A stretch of 36,609 nt of DNA from an uncultured Dechloromonas sp. (GCA_946477505.1 CAMKYP010000001.1:1-36609), one strand, 5' to 3'; shown: positions 1-9,004, numbered from the stretch's first letter. The notes: generated by a model from the letters alone, not told the origin. Numbers and translations: made by a program.

Positions 1-22
1 GTCAGATGTGTATAAGAGACAG
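1..22 (+). other. Nextera/Tn5 adapter remnant (library artifact)
   Basis: GTCAGATGTGTATAAGAGACAG is the 3' part of the Nextera read-1 adapter. Bases 4-22 are the 19-bp Tn5 mosaic end, and it sits at the very start of the sequence. Confidence 0.95.
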
Positions 23-151
23 TCCCTAAAGGCCGCAAACACCCTGCCGTTGCTTTGCTTACTTATGACAAGTATAACTTCTTCAAGTGACTATAGACAA
101 GTTCCGCGAATCAGCGACAACTCAATCAGACAAACAACAAAAGGTCCGCCT

Positions 152-1228
152 TCACCTGCCCCTCTCCCAAGGCCAAGTCTCCACACCATGGCGGTTATGG
201 ACCTTGCGCACCATCTTCTTCGACAGCTTGTCGGTGATGCAATCAATGAACGTCATGGATTTCGCGGCAAAGAAATCCCGTTTGTCGGGGGCGCGTTCGT
301 ACGTCAGCCCTTCATGAAGCGCCATCATCTCGGCACGCTCCTTCAACACGGCGGAGGCGTTGAACACCCAGTCGACAAAGTCGATTTCCTCTGGCATCCA
401 GTGACCGGCTGCTCGTTCAAGATAGTCAATCGCCCATTCCGGGCCAAGCACATTGCTGGGATGCCAGTACAGATGCTCCGTCAGCACCGTGCGCCCGGTC
501 AGCCCCTCGGCAATGTAGGGGTTGGCGGCAATACCGCGCCGCAGATAGGTGCAAGCCGACACATAGTCCCACTCCCGGAAGGCGATCAGTGCCGCTTGGT
601 ACCAGTGCGCCGGTGAATTCGGGGCGCCTTTCAGATATTCCTTCATGGCCGCTTTGTGGTCGCCCTTGAGCAAGGCGATATCGCCCAGCAGGAAGCGCAC
701 ACCAATGTTGTCCATCGGGCACCAGGCCAGCATTTGTTTGGCTAGCACCATAGCTGCCTCGCCCTCCCGCCGGTAAATCAGACCCAGCAGGCTGCCATGC
801 GCCAAACGCAGGAACGACCGATTGTCGATTTCTGACCAGGTGATCTGTCCTTTGAAGCCCTTGGGGATGAGCGCCTGTGCCTGGTGGTAGGCCTGTTCAT
901 AAACTTCAGTGGCCTCATCTTGAAGCCCCAGCGCCCACAGCCGGTTGGCAATAAAGTTCTGGATTTCCAGATTGTAAGGCTTGACTGCTTCCAGCTTACG
1001 AGCTTGCATCAGGGCCTGCTTGTGGGAGAGTTGCCCCGCTTCGAGCTGGTCGATCAGCGCATCGAGCGCGTCTTCATCCTGCCAATTGCGCGCGAAGCGG
1101 CCGTACTGGGTGGGTTTGCCCGTTTCCGGGTCATCGAAAACTTCGATGGTAAACAGCAGTGTGTTTTGCGCCAGATCGGCATTAGGCTTGGCCAGGTCAG
1201 ATTTCTTCTTGAGCATGTTCGGATCCAT
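152..1228 (-). CDS. Tetratricopeptide-repeat-like helical protein (358 aa)
   Basis: Long ORF with TPR-like A/L/Y/G helical patterns (EATEVYEQAY, LGDIALLKGDHKAAMKEY, ALIAFREWDYVSACTYLRRGIAANPY). Overlaps the upstream XRE gene by 32 nt. Confidence 0.7.
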   Translation of the reverse strand: MDPNMLKKKSDLAKPNADLAQNTLLFTIEVFDDPETGKPTQYGRFARNWQDEDALDALIDQLEAGQLSHKQALMQARKLEAVKPYNLEIQNFIANRLWALGLQDEATEVYEQAYHQAQALIPKGFKGQITWSEIDNRSFLRLAHGSLLGLIYRREGEAAMVLAKQMLAWCPMDNIGVRFLLGDIALLKGDHKAAMKEYLKGAPNSPAHWYQAALIAFREWDYVSACTYLRRGIAANPYIAEGLTGRTVLTEHLYWHPSNVLGPEWAIDYLERAAGHWMPEEIDFVDWVFNASAVLKERAEMMALHEGLTYERAPDKRDFFAAKSMTFIDCITDKLSKKMVRKVHNRHGVETWPWERGR

Positions 1229-1523
1229 AGGCTTCAGGGGTCATGGGCGTGGTGCCAACCTTGCCTGCTTGAGTGGTAAAAGTGCGGCCGTTGTTGGCGA
1301 TATAGCGGCGCAAGTCCGGCGCCAGTGTCTCTGGCACGATCAGCACCGTGAGCCCCAAGGCTTCCGCCATACGTTCGATAGACGACAGACGCGGATCGCG
1401 CTTGCCACTTTCGATTTCCGACAGGTGCTGGGGCGACATCCCCACCCTGGCGGACAACATTTCCAGCGTCAGGCGACGCTGGTTGCGCTGGCGGCGCAAG
1501 AAGGTGGGAATCAAAGTGTCCAT
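1197..1523 (-). CDS. XRE/Cro-C1 family helix-turn-helix regulator (108 aa)
   Basis: LRRQRNQRRLTLEMLSARVGMSPQHLSEIESGKRDPRLSSIERMAEALG is a typical HTH_3 signature. Start placed at the ATG of MDTLIP. Confidence 0.85.
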   Translation of the reverse strand: MDTLIPTFLRRQRNQRRLTLEMLSARVGMSPQHLSEIESGKRDPRLSSIERMAEALGLTVLIVPETLAPDLRRYIANNGRTFTTQAGKVGTTPMTPEAYGSEHAQEEI

Positions 1524-1739
1524 GGGCGAAGCGTAGCGCAACGGCAGCGCAATCACTCATACGATCGTGTGAATTCGTCACCAAAAACGCAAAAAGACCT
1601 CGCCCTCACCCGCTGCCCTGAATCGGGAGTAGATGAAGACGCGGCCGAATTGGATGACTCTGTCGTCACGTGGGTGCGAGTCAGCGCGGCACGCCGCGCC
1701 ATTTGTCAAAGCTGCGCGTTGGTTCAGCCCAGGCAGCAG

Positions 1740-1776
1740 GCTTTGCAGTTTGTTTCAAAATCGCTCGTTGCAAAGC
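1740..1776. repeat. 8-bp inverted repeat with 21-bp AT-rich spacer, candidate att/recombination site
   Basis: GCTTTGCA (1740-1747) ... TGCAAAGC (1769-1776), overlapping the endolysin stop codon at the end of the phage gene block. Confidence 0.45.
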
Positions 1777-2225
1777 AACCAAGAAGCCTCAACCTCCCGC
1801 CGAGTGACGAGTCCCGGCAGCACTTTCCCGCCGCCGTAAATCCATCGGCACAGTTCTGCTCCGGCTGCGTTCCAGTCCCGCTGATTGATCCGGCGTCGCA
1901 GCGTTGATGTTTGTAGCCGTCCCGCGCCAAGATTGAACGTGAAATCCACGATAGCCGCGAGCCGCCTCTCGGGCTCGGTGGCCAGCACCGGGCAGTAGCG
2001 CAGCGTGGCGGCGAGTGCCGATTGGAGGTCGCGGGCCAGATAGACCTCTGCTTCAGCCTTCGTGATCGGAGGATGCTTTGGATCGCAGAGATGGCCGTAC
2101 CCAATCGTCCAGAAACCTGCGGGGCAGATGTAGGGGACGGCGGCGATCTCGACTCCACGCTTGACCCTGCGTTCGAACCCCTCGAAGCGTTTGGCCAGTT
2201 CAACAGCGGCCTGCGGCACCGTCAT
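1755..2225 (-). CDS. Endolysin, GH24 phage lysozyme
   Basis: FEG...YICPAGFWTIGYGH, AIVDFTFNLGAG, STLRRRIN and W..GGGKVLPGLVTRREVEA motifs. Confidence 0.95.
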   Translation of the reverse strand: MTVPQAAVELAKRFEGFERRVKRGVEIAAVPYICPAGFWTIGYGHLCDPKHPPITKAEAEVYLARDLQSALAATLRYCPVLATEPERRLAAIVDFTFNLGAGRLQTSTLRRRINQRDWNAAGAELCRWIYGGGKVLPGLVTRREVEASWLLCNERF

Positions 2226-2698
2226 GACCGCACCCGATCAAACACACGCCCCAGGAACCAGAAGTTCAGCACTCCAGCCCACAGCGCCTGATCGGCCTCA
2301 GTCCATGCGTGCAGCACCGCCGTCCCCCAGCCAGCGCCAGCACTGACGGCCGCCACGAACGCCGCCGTCTTGGCTGCACAGTACAAGGCCATAAACCAGT
2401 AGGTGATCACCGGCCGCACGCCGACCGACAAGGCATCGGCCCAGCCGACGCCCGACTTCTGCCCCTGAGCCGCCACGGCATCCCGCAAAGCCTCGACAGC
2501 CCCCACGTTCCAAGCAGCATCTGAAGCAGCGCCGATCTCAGCCATGCGCTGGGCTCCGCGCAACTTCTCGAACTCCAGCGCCTTGTCCTGCATTGCCAGT
2601 TCGTGACCTCGTTCACCTTTGCGGTCGAGCCACTTGAGGAGTTCGGGTGCCAGACGGAAGGCCCCGCCGAGGAGCCCACCAAGCAGTGTCTCGATCAT
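2222..2698 (-). CDS. Putative holin-like membrane protein
   Basis: N-terminal hydrophobic segment, VRPVITY followed by a TM helix, and C-terminal FWFLGR. ATGA-coupled to the endolysin. Confidence 0.55.
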   Translation of the reverse strand: MIETLLGGLLGGAFRLAPELLKWLDRKGERGHELAMQDKALEFEKLRGAQRMAEIGAASDAAWNVGAVEALRDAVAAQGQKSGVGWADALSVGVRPVITYWFMALYCAAKTAAFVAAVSAGAGWGTAVLHAWTEADQALWAGVLNFWFLGRVFDRVRS

Positions 2699-3006
2699 TG
2701 GGGACCTCCCATCAGCTTGAGCTTGATGGCGGCACCGACTAGCAGCGCGGCCAGCAAGCCAGTGGTGATGACCTTAATGGTCGTTTGCCAAGCGGTATGG
2801 CGCGCTTCACGCCAGGCTTCGAGCAGATCACGCAGTTCGCGGATATCGCGCGCAGCGTGGCCGTTTTCCAGTCCGAGGTGGGCCAGACAGCGCTCGGCCC
2901 CACGTTCGGCAGCGCGGTCGAGCAGATCGTCGAAGTCCTCCTTGCGCAGCAGGAGCATGTTCTCGACGAGTGCAGGGGTTTCTTGATCAGGCATGGTGCT
3001 CTCCAT
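2695..3006 (-). CDS. Small lysis-cassette membrane protein (DUF6127-like)
   Basis: AAERGAERCLAHLGL...DIRELRDLLEAW followed by one C-terminal TM helix. Coupled to the next gene. Confidence 0.6.
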   Translation of the reverse strand: MESTMPDQETPALVENMLLLRKEDFDDLLDRAAERGAERCLAHLGLENGHAARDIRELRDLLEAWREARHTAWQTTIKVITTGLLAALLVGAAIKLKLMGGPQ

Positions 3007-3050
3007 AAAGAACGAAACCCGCCCGGCGCTTGAGCACCGAAACGGGTTTC
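3005..3050 (-). terminator. Intrinsic terminator-like hairpin between tail and lysis genes
   Basis: GAAACCCG (3014-3021)/CGGGTTTC (3043-3050) stem, followed on the minus strand by a T-rich tract (TTTCGTTCTTT). Confidence 0.5.
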
Positions 3051-3074
3051 AGGGGGTAAAGAAGGGGTTGCGGG

Positions 3075-3302
3075 TTAGATTTCGATGATTTCGGTGGGCA
3101 AATCGGGCGCAAGACCTTCGATCACGCCATCGCGCACAAACACGTTGCGACCGACCAGATCCGGGCTGCCGCCCCGCGCCTTCAGCAGACCACCGCCCGG
3201 CAAAACCACGGTGGCCACGTTGGCAGACACGGACTGAACGGCCCCGACCTGCAAGGCCGGATCGGGGATCAGTGCCAAGAACTCCTTGAACAGATTACGC
3301 AT
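3075..3302 (-). CDS. Small tail-tip associated protein (75 aa)
   Basis: MRNLFKEFLALIP...VFVRDGVIEG. Start overlaps the stop of the upstream tail gene; beta-rich small domain. Confidence 0.65.
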   Translation of the reverse strand: MRNLFKEFLALIPDPALQVGAVQSVSANVATVVLPGGGLLKARGGSPDLVGRNVFVRDGVIEGLAPDLPTEIIEI

Positions 3303-6135
3303 GGCACTCCACTCCCAGGCTCTGGTAGACATCGGGCAGCCCCACCTCGACACTGGTCGAACGGACCAGCCCCAGTCGGATTTGCCCGCCGTCCTCGTAC
3401 TGGACGTAGGCGCCCGGGCGAATAATCCCGGTCGTCGGCAATACCGGCAGACGCAGCCCAATCTCCTGTTGCCGTCCTGTGTCCGACAGAATGGAAATAC
3501 CGCGCTGACGTGCGGCCGCCGCTGTCGTGATCAACGGATCGGTGACCATAGGGGCCAGCAAGTCACCAGCGGAACCGGCGCGCGTCACCTGACCCAGCAC
3601 GCCCTGTTCCTGACCACTGACGAAGACCTGGTTGTAGGCCGGCTTGTCTTGCCAGCGTATCGACTCCCGGCTCATCGCGGCTGCCGGCAGGATGAAGTCC
3701 GGCGTTACCTCACCCCAATTCCATGGCGCCATGGGGTACAGCGGCCGCACCTGAAACGACATCGCACGTGGGTGCGGAATCAGATAGGCCCCTGCGGCAC
3801 GCGCCAGGGTGGCCAACGCGCTGATGAACGTCCCCTGATGCGCAAAGACACCGGCAGGCACATGCCACGCTTCCAGCCCATAGTCGATGCTCCAACCCAA
3901 GGGGATGCCGTTCAAGGTCAGCACATCGTCGAAGAGTTGCTGATGGGTACGCGCCTCCGGGTTATTGAAACTCATCGTCGCGGCATAAGGGGCGTCCAAC
4001 AGCGCCTGTCGGCCACGCCCACTGAGCCGCAGCATCGTCTGGCCGAAGCTGCGTTCACGGCTCAGGTTTTCTGCGAGGATGCGAAACTCGGTGCCATTGA
4101 TCCAGGCTGATAGCTCGACAGGCCCCGCACTGGTCGGCTCGACCAAGGCCTGTGCTGCGCCGGGCAAACTGGCTTCGAATCCCCATACCCAGGAACCGGC
4201 ATCCAGGCGCAAGGACATCGACAAAGTCGGGATCACGGCGTTGTCCGTAACCCGCTTCAAGGTGCAATCATTGAACACGAGATAGACCCTCTGGATGGCG
4301 ACGATCACCGTGCCACCCACTGGGGGTGGCAGCGGCGAGTAGCCGTCGCACTGGAATAACAAGGCCCCATCACTGGCGATCGCCGAGGCGAACACCAGAT
4401 GCGGGCTCAGCGAATAGCACCGTGTCGGCGGATCAACCGGAGGCAGGACCACCCCGGAAATCCCCGGTGGCGGAACACGCGCATCTTGGTAGCGTCCCCC
4501 CCAGAACCATGAATCGGGACAGCCTACTTGGTAATCACTTCCCAAGCCACGCACTAGCGTTACCGCCACTTGCCAGACCGCCTGCCGGCTGGCACGAACC
4601 GACCGATCGCCATCCTGTTGCCGGCAATGCAGTCCAACCGAGGCACGCTGGGCATCCTGCTGCGGCGCCAGCCAATCCCGCCACAGGGGTGTCGCGTCCT
4701 GCTGCCTAAGCGGACTGAACCAAGGCAAAGGCGTGGCTGCCTGTTGCCCTTGCAACACGCGCAACGCATCTGCCTGCAACACCGCAGGCAGCCGATGCTC
4801 GACCCCGTGAGGCGCCCTTTGCGCGGCTTGCCAGCCCCCCAGCCAGCCAGCCTGCGCTTTATGGGCGTCCTGCTGTCCCTGCTGGATGCCACGCTCTGAG
4901 GCATTGGCCGCTTGCCAGCGGCCACGCCGTTGCGCCACGGTCGGTCGTGCCGTCAGGGAGGCATAGCGCAGCGTCGTGCTCATCGAGGTCAGCGTCGGCA
5001 TCACGCCATTCAGCGTGAATGGGAAACGCGGCGCGATTTCGATATGCGGCACCCCGGCCCCGGGTGGCGGAATGCCAACAGGGGTCGCGGCAAACTCGGC
5101 CCAGTTTTCGACTTGGGTGCAACCGAAACTGGACGCATCCCAGCCTTGGGCTCTGGCGAAACTGTGAAACAGCCAGGGCCGGGCCACCCCGAAGGCCGTG
5201 TCTTGCCAGCCCTCCGGAAACGCCCGGCTCTCCCACGCGAAGTAAAACGGTGTGTTGAGTGCCGGCGGCTGATTCAGGAAAGCCTGAACGAAGTCGAAAT
5301 CGACCGTGGCGCCCTGGGTGTCGGCATCGAACACCTTGGGACGTGCAAGGGTTGTCGGTGGCGCGATGCCCTTGGGGGACACCGTGGCCGCCAGGTTGCG
5401 CACGCCCGCCCAGCCAAACCGGGTGCTCTCACCCGCAGTCGCTGTCAGCGGTTGACCGCTCCCCAAGTGGAAGGCGGTATTGGTCGCCGTCGGCGGCGCA
5501 TCGTAGGGCGACTCAAACTTGAAATCGATGCTGCCCGTCGCACCAATCCGGGGTTTGCCAGTGATCCGTGAGGACTGCCACCCCACCGGGAAGAGCTGCG
5601 GCGGCTTTTTGATCCGCTCGATCCTGCCGAAACGGCTGCTGTCGCCCACTGTGGCCGCCGTGACGACCATAGTCCCGCCAAAGTAGAAGGCAGTGTTCTG
5701 GCTGGTCAGTGGGGCATAGGCACCTTCAAAGGTAAAGTCCCGACTGGCCCCGCTGTTGGCCATCGCGGGCCAGACGCGCACCGCCTTGGAAAGCGCCAGG
5801 CTATCGATGCCTTGGGGGGCCACGGTGCGGGCCGCGTTGGCCACGCCGGCCACGCCAAACTTGGCGTCCGTCCCGACGGAAACGCCGGCGGCCAGGGTAT
5901 CGCCACTGAAATGGAAGGCGACGTTGGCAACGCTGGGCGTGGCATACGGCTGATCAAAGGCAAACCAGACCGCCGCCCCGTTTTGGTCGGGGTAATAAAT
6001 CGAGTGGGTCAGCGCGACCCGGCTCGACGACCAGCCTTGGGGAGCGACCGTCCAGGCCGCATTGTCGAGGCGGGGAAAGCCGAACTTGTTTTGGTCGCCC
6101 AGCCCGACGCCGGCGACCGGTAATGCGCCCGCCAT
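3295..6135 (-). CDS. Tail tip/hub protein with N-terminal tandem repeats (946 aa)
   Basis: Last large gene of the tail module, with RBS AGGAGA. The C-terminal ~330 aa resemble baseplate-hub/Tal-type proteins, and the N-terminus has internal repeats. Confidence 0.7.
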   Translation of the reverse strand: MAGALPVAGVGLGDQNKFGFPRLDNAAWTVAPQGWSSSRVALTHSIYYPDQNGAAVWFAFDQPYATPSVANVAFHFSGDTLAAGVSVGTDAKFGVAGVANAARTVAPQGIDSLALSKAVRVWPAMANSGASRDFTFEGAYAPLTSQNTAFYFGGTMVVTAATVGDSSRFGRIERIKKPPQLFPVGWQSSRITGKPRIGATGSIDFKFESPYDAPPTATNTAFHLGSGQPLTATAGESTRFGWAGVRNLAATVSPKGIAPPTTLARPKVFDADTQGATVDFDFVQAFLNQPPALNTPFYFAWESRAFPEGWQDTAFGVARPWLFHSFARAQGWDASSFGCTQVENWAEFAATPVGIPPPGAGVPHIEIAPRFPFTLNGVMPTLTSMSTTLRYASLTARPTVAQRRGRWQAANASERGIQQGQQDAHKAQAGWLGGWQAAQRAPHGVEHRLPAVLQADALRVLQGQQAATPLPWFSPLRQQDATPLWRDWLAPQQDAQRASVGLHCRQQDGDRSVRASRQAVWQVAVTLVRGLGSDYQVGCPDSWFWGGRYQDARVPPPGISGVVLPPVDPPTRCYSLSPHLVFASAIASDGALLFQCDGYSPLPPPVGGTVIVAIQRVYLVFNDCTLKRVTDNAVIPTLSMSLRLDAGSWVWGFEASLPGAAQALVEPTSAGPVELSAWINGTEFRILAENLSRERSFGQTMLRLSGRGRQALLDAPYAATMSFNNPEARTHQQLFDDVLTLNGIPLGWSIDYGLEAWHVPAGVFAHQGTFISALATLARAAGAYLIPHPRAMSFQVRPLYPMAPWNWGEVTPDFILPAAAMSRESIRWQDKPAYNQVFVSGQEQGVLGQVTRAGSAGDLLAPMVTDPLITTAAAARQRGISILSDTGRQQEIGLRLPVLPTTGIIRPGAYVQYEDGGQIRLGLVRSTSVEVGLPDVYQSLGVECHA

Positions 6136-6168
6136 GGCTTCTCCTGTTCAGGCTGGGTCAGTGATGGA

Positions 6169-8568
6169 TCAGGTATTGCGCGCGTCGTAATGCGCCTGCA
6201 CCCGTGCTGGCGGCAGCACATAGTTGTAGGCCGCGAACTCCCCGATCTGCCCCTGAAAGCGTTCCGAGATGGTCGGTGCGGTGGCCGATGCGTTGGCACC
6301 GATGCACAGCCAGGTCGCGGTGCGGTAGGTATCCGGAAACACCGTGGCCGTCTGCTCGTTGGCCTGCACGCCATTGATATACAGACGGGTCTTTTTCTCG
6401 ACCCAAGGGTCGTAGGTCACCGCCAGGTGATAGGCCGTGCCAGCCACCAGGTTGGGATGGACAAAGAACACTGTCGTGGTCGTGCCGGTCACATCGACGA
6501 TCGACAACTGCAGATTGCCGCCGACAAGGGACAGGTACATCGGCGGGTTGCCGTTGTAGATGCGCAGCAACCAGATCCGGGTGGTCCCCGTCACCGAAGA
6601 CGGCCGCACGAAACACTCGACCGTGAAGGTCGTGGCCAAGGTGCTGAAGTTGTTAAGCAGCAGCGACCCATTGCTGGTAGTGATCGCACTCGACCCAGTC
6701 ACGAAGCCCGTGGCATTGAAGACGGGGTTCCCCTCGTACCAGGCAAAGTAATCCTGCTGACCCAGGGCATTGATCGGGCGCTGGCTCTGCAGCTCGTTCA
6801 TCCGGAAGTAATAGACCGGATTGTCCGCTTCGATCTCGGCCATGTAGCCGGCGTACTTCGGCGGCACCACATGCGTGTCCCAGTTCTGGTACGAATCGTA
6901 AAAACTCGCCACCTCCGCATCGCTGAAGGTGCGGTAGTACATCGCGGCCAAACCGAAGCCCCCGCCATGCGCCGCCGGTACCGCACCCCAACCGGAGCCA
7001 TGGCCATGCGTAGGGGTGCCATAGCCGCCAATGGCCAGCGCATCGAATCGACGCGCGGCCCCATTGGGCTGGTTGGTGGTGGCGAGGTAGTCCCAGTTCT
7101 CGTTGGTCGGGTTGTTCGAACGCAGCCAGCTCCACAAACGGCCGCCTCCGGTGATAGCGGTGGACTGCACCAGCACGCCATTGACGTAGAGCTTTACCGT
7201 GGCGTCCTGCTCGTAGGTCACCATGACGTGGTAAATCTCGCCGGCCACCACCGGCGCCGAGGCGCGCACGATCGAGAGGTTGCGGGTGCTCAGCGCCAGA
7301 CGCACATTCATCACGGCCGAGGTCACCTCCAGCGTCGGCCCGGCCGTCATGCCGTAGTAGCCCCAGTAGTCGTCGTACCCGTAGTAAGCGTGGTCGTCCG
7401 AGTCCCGCCGTCCGCCCCACATCATGATCAGGGCCGTTTCGCTGGGTGCCGGCGCTTTGAAGATGTATTCCCAGGTCAGGTTTGTGTAGTTCTCCGGCGG
7501 ACTGGCCTGATTGCGACCGTTTACCGCGCCTTGGCCTGCCCGAATGAACAGACCGTTGTTGTTGGCGGTGGGCGACAGGTGCCGACCGGACTTCAGGAAA
7601 CGGATTGATCCCCCGACCCGGGTGTCCGGATAGAAATCGAAGCCCCAGAACTGCTCGGTGGTCTGCAGCATGTTTTCTGCATGGCCGAGGATGTTGGAGC
7701 GGAAGTAGCGGTAAGTCGCGCCGTTCAGGTAGTCGGCGTAACTGACCAGCATACCGAGCGACGACTCACGGCAGCGCCGGGCCCAGAAGGCCGATTGCGG
7801 CGCCAGATTGCCCTTTGTGTTGATCGGCAGGATGCGGTCCCAGACCAGGGCGTTCTTGTACGGCGGGCCACTGGGGTCATAAGACATGACCAGGAACTCG
7901 CGGTTCTCATTGAGGCCATTGAAGGCGTAGCCGCCATTCTGGTCGGTCGTGGTGTAGCCCACCTTGTAGAAGGTGTCGCGCTCGAACAGCAGCACCGGAC
8001 GATCCGCCTGGGCGACGCCGTCTTCCGAGACGATGCCATAGATACCGCCGGAACCACCGATGTTGATGCGCGACGGGATCGGGTAAGTGGTCGACTTGGT
8101 GGTGGCGCTGAATTTGTAGTCGCCATTGGCTGCCAGCACCGGTCGGTACACCATGGCCTGCCGGTTCCAGGTCACGTTGTCCGGGGACGAGTCGATGCAG
8201 AAATCCACCGAGTTGGCAGGCACCACCGAGTTGCCGTTCAACGCGGTCTCGGAAATGTTCGCCAGCAGGAAATCCCACAGCACTGGGTCGGTGTAGGTGA
8301 ACTGAACGAAGCGCCAGGACGTGGTGGTCTGGTAATCCGGGTAATTCACCCCGCAATAGGTGGCCGAGGCGGTATCGATGTCGATCAGATTGGCCAGTGG
8401 GAACGAAGTGCCGTTCATCAAACCCGCCGAAATCGACAAGCTCACGCCACTGGTCAGGGGATTGCCGCTGGCGTCATGGGGCTTCAGGGTACGGAAGATC
8501 AACTGCCCGTAGTTGTAGGTGTTGATACTGCGAAAGTAGAGCCGCCAGAAGCGGACCGGGGTGGTCAT
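6169..8568 (-). CDS. Putative receptor-binding tail protein with discoidin-like, prealbumin-like and two LamG/ConA lectin-like domains (799 aa)
   Basis: YHVMVTYEQDATVKLYVNG and YHLAVTYDP..TRLYING, FQGQIGEFAAYNYVL...VQAHY, and DNPVYYFRMNE are LamG_3 hallmarks. Start at MTTPVRFWRLYF with RBS GAGGGAG. Confidence 0.8.
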   Translation of the reverse strand: MTTPVRFWRLYFRSINTYNYGQLIFRTLKPHDASGNPLTSGVSLSISAGLMNGTSFPLANLIDIDTASATYCGVNYPDYQTTTSWRFVQFTYTDPVLWDFLLANISETALNGNSVVPANSVDFCIDSSPDNVTWNRQAMVYRPVLAANGDYKFSATTKSTTYPIPSRINIGGSGGIYGIVSEDGVAQADRPVLLFERDTFYKVGYTTTDQNGGYAFNGLNENREFLVMSYDPSGPPYKNALVWDRILPINTKGNLAPQSAFWARRCRESSLGMLVSYADYLNGATYRYFRSNILGHAENMLQTTEQFWGFDFYPDTRVGGSIRFLKSGRHLSPTANNNGLFIRAGQGAVNGRNQASPPENYTNLTWEYIFKAPAPSETALIMMWGGRRDSDDHAYYGYDDYWGYYGMTAGPTLEVTSAVMNVRLALSTRNLSIVRASAPVVAGEIYHVMVTYEQDATVKLYVNGVLVQSTAITGGGRLWSWLRSNNPTNENWDYLATTNQPNGAARRFDALAIGGYGTPTHGHGSGWGAVPAAHGGGFGLAAMYYRTFSDAEVASFYDSYQNWDTHVVPPKYAGYMAEIEADNPVYYFRMNELQSQRPINALGQQDYFAWYEGNPVFNATGFVTGSSAITTSNGSLLLNNFSTLATTFTVECFVRPSSVTGTTRIWLLRIYNGNPPMYLSLVGGNLQLSIVDVTGTTTTVFFVHPNLVAGTAYHLAVTYDPWVEKKTRLYINGVQANEQTATVFPDTYRTATWLCIGANASATAPTISERFQGQIGEFAAYNYVLPPARVQAHYDARNT

Positions 8569-8578
8569 GCTCGCTCCC

Positions 8579-9004
8579 TCACAGACGGAAGATCTTGTTG
8601 ATGCCGTTGTCCCAAGTGACGATGATGTCGCCGCCATTGGGGGTGATCGGCAGACCGGTAGCCGTATCGATGTAGGCGATCAAGGGCGAAGCCGCCTCGT
8701 CGGGCGTGATGCCATCGGTGCCCAGCACCTCGCGGTAAATCACCAGAGCCTCGATCGAGGGGCCATTGACCGCCGCGAAAGTCACGTCCTGCGCATCGGC
8801 GGCACCGTTGGTGCTGGTCTTGTTGGTCAGCGTGGTGGGCGCGGTGATGCGTGCTGCTGCCGGGATGCTGGCGAAGAACTCGTGCGTCGAAGCAAAGGCG
8901 TAGACGGCCGTGTCGACCATGACCACCTTGATGGCGTCGGTGAGCCAGTTCAGTTGTGCTTCGAGAAAGCGCTGCCGGCCCTTGTCGTAAAGGCTGTTTG
9001 CCAT
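8579..9004 (-). CDS. Phage virion structural protein (141 aa)
   Basis: MANSLYDKGRQRFL...GAADAQDVTF...LIAYIDTATGLPITPNGGDIIVTWD. RBS CAGGAG upstream; located in the tail module. Confidence 0.7.
   Translation of the reverse strand: MANSLYDKGRQRFLEAQLNWLTDAIKVVMVDTAVYAFASTHEFFASIPAAARITAPTTLTNKTSTNGAADAQDVTFAAVNGPSIEALVIYREVLGTDGITPDEAASPLIAYIDTATGLPITPNGGDIIVTWDNGINKIFRL

Noticed and set aside
4-22. Tn5/IS50 transposon end
   Set aside because: It is the synthetic mosaic end with Nextera flanking bases, and there is no transposase nearby.
8-616. 202-aa plus-strand ORF
   Set aside because: It starts inside the adapter (MYKRQ is the translated mosaic end) and is antisense to the TPR-like gene.
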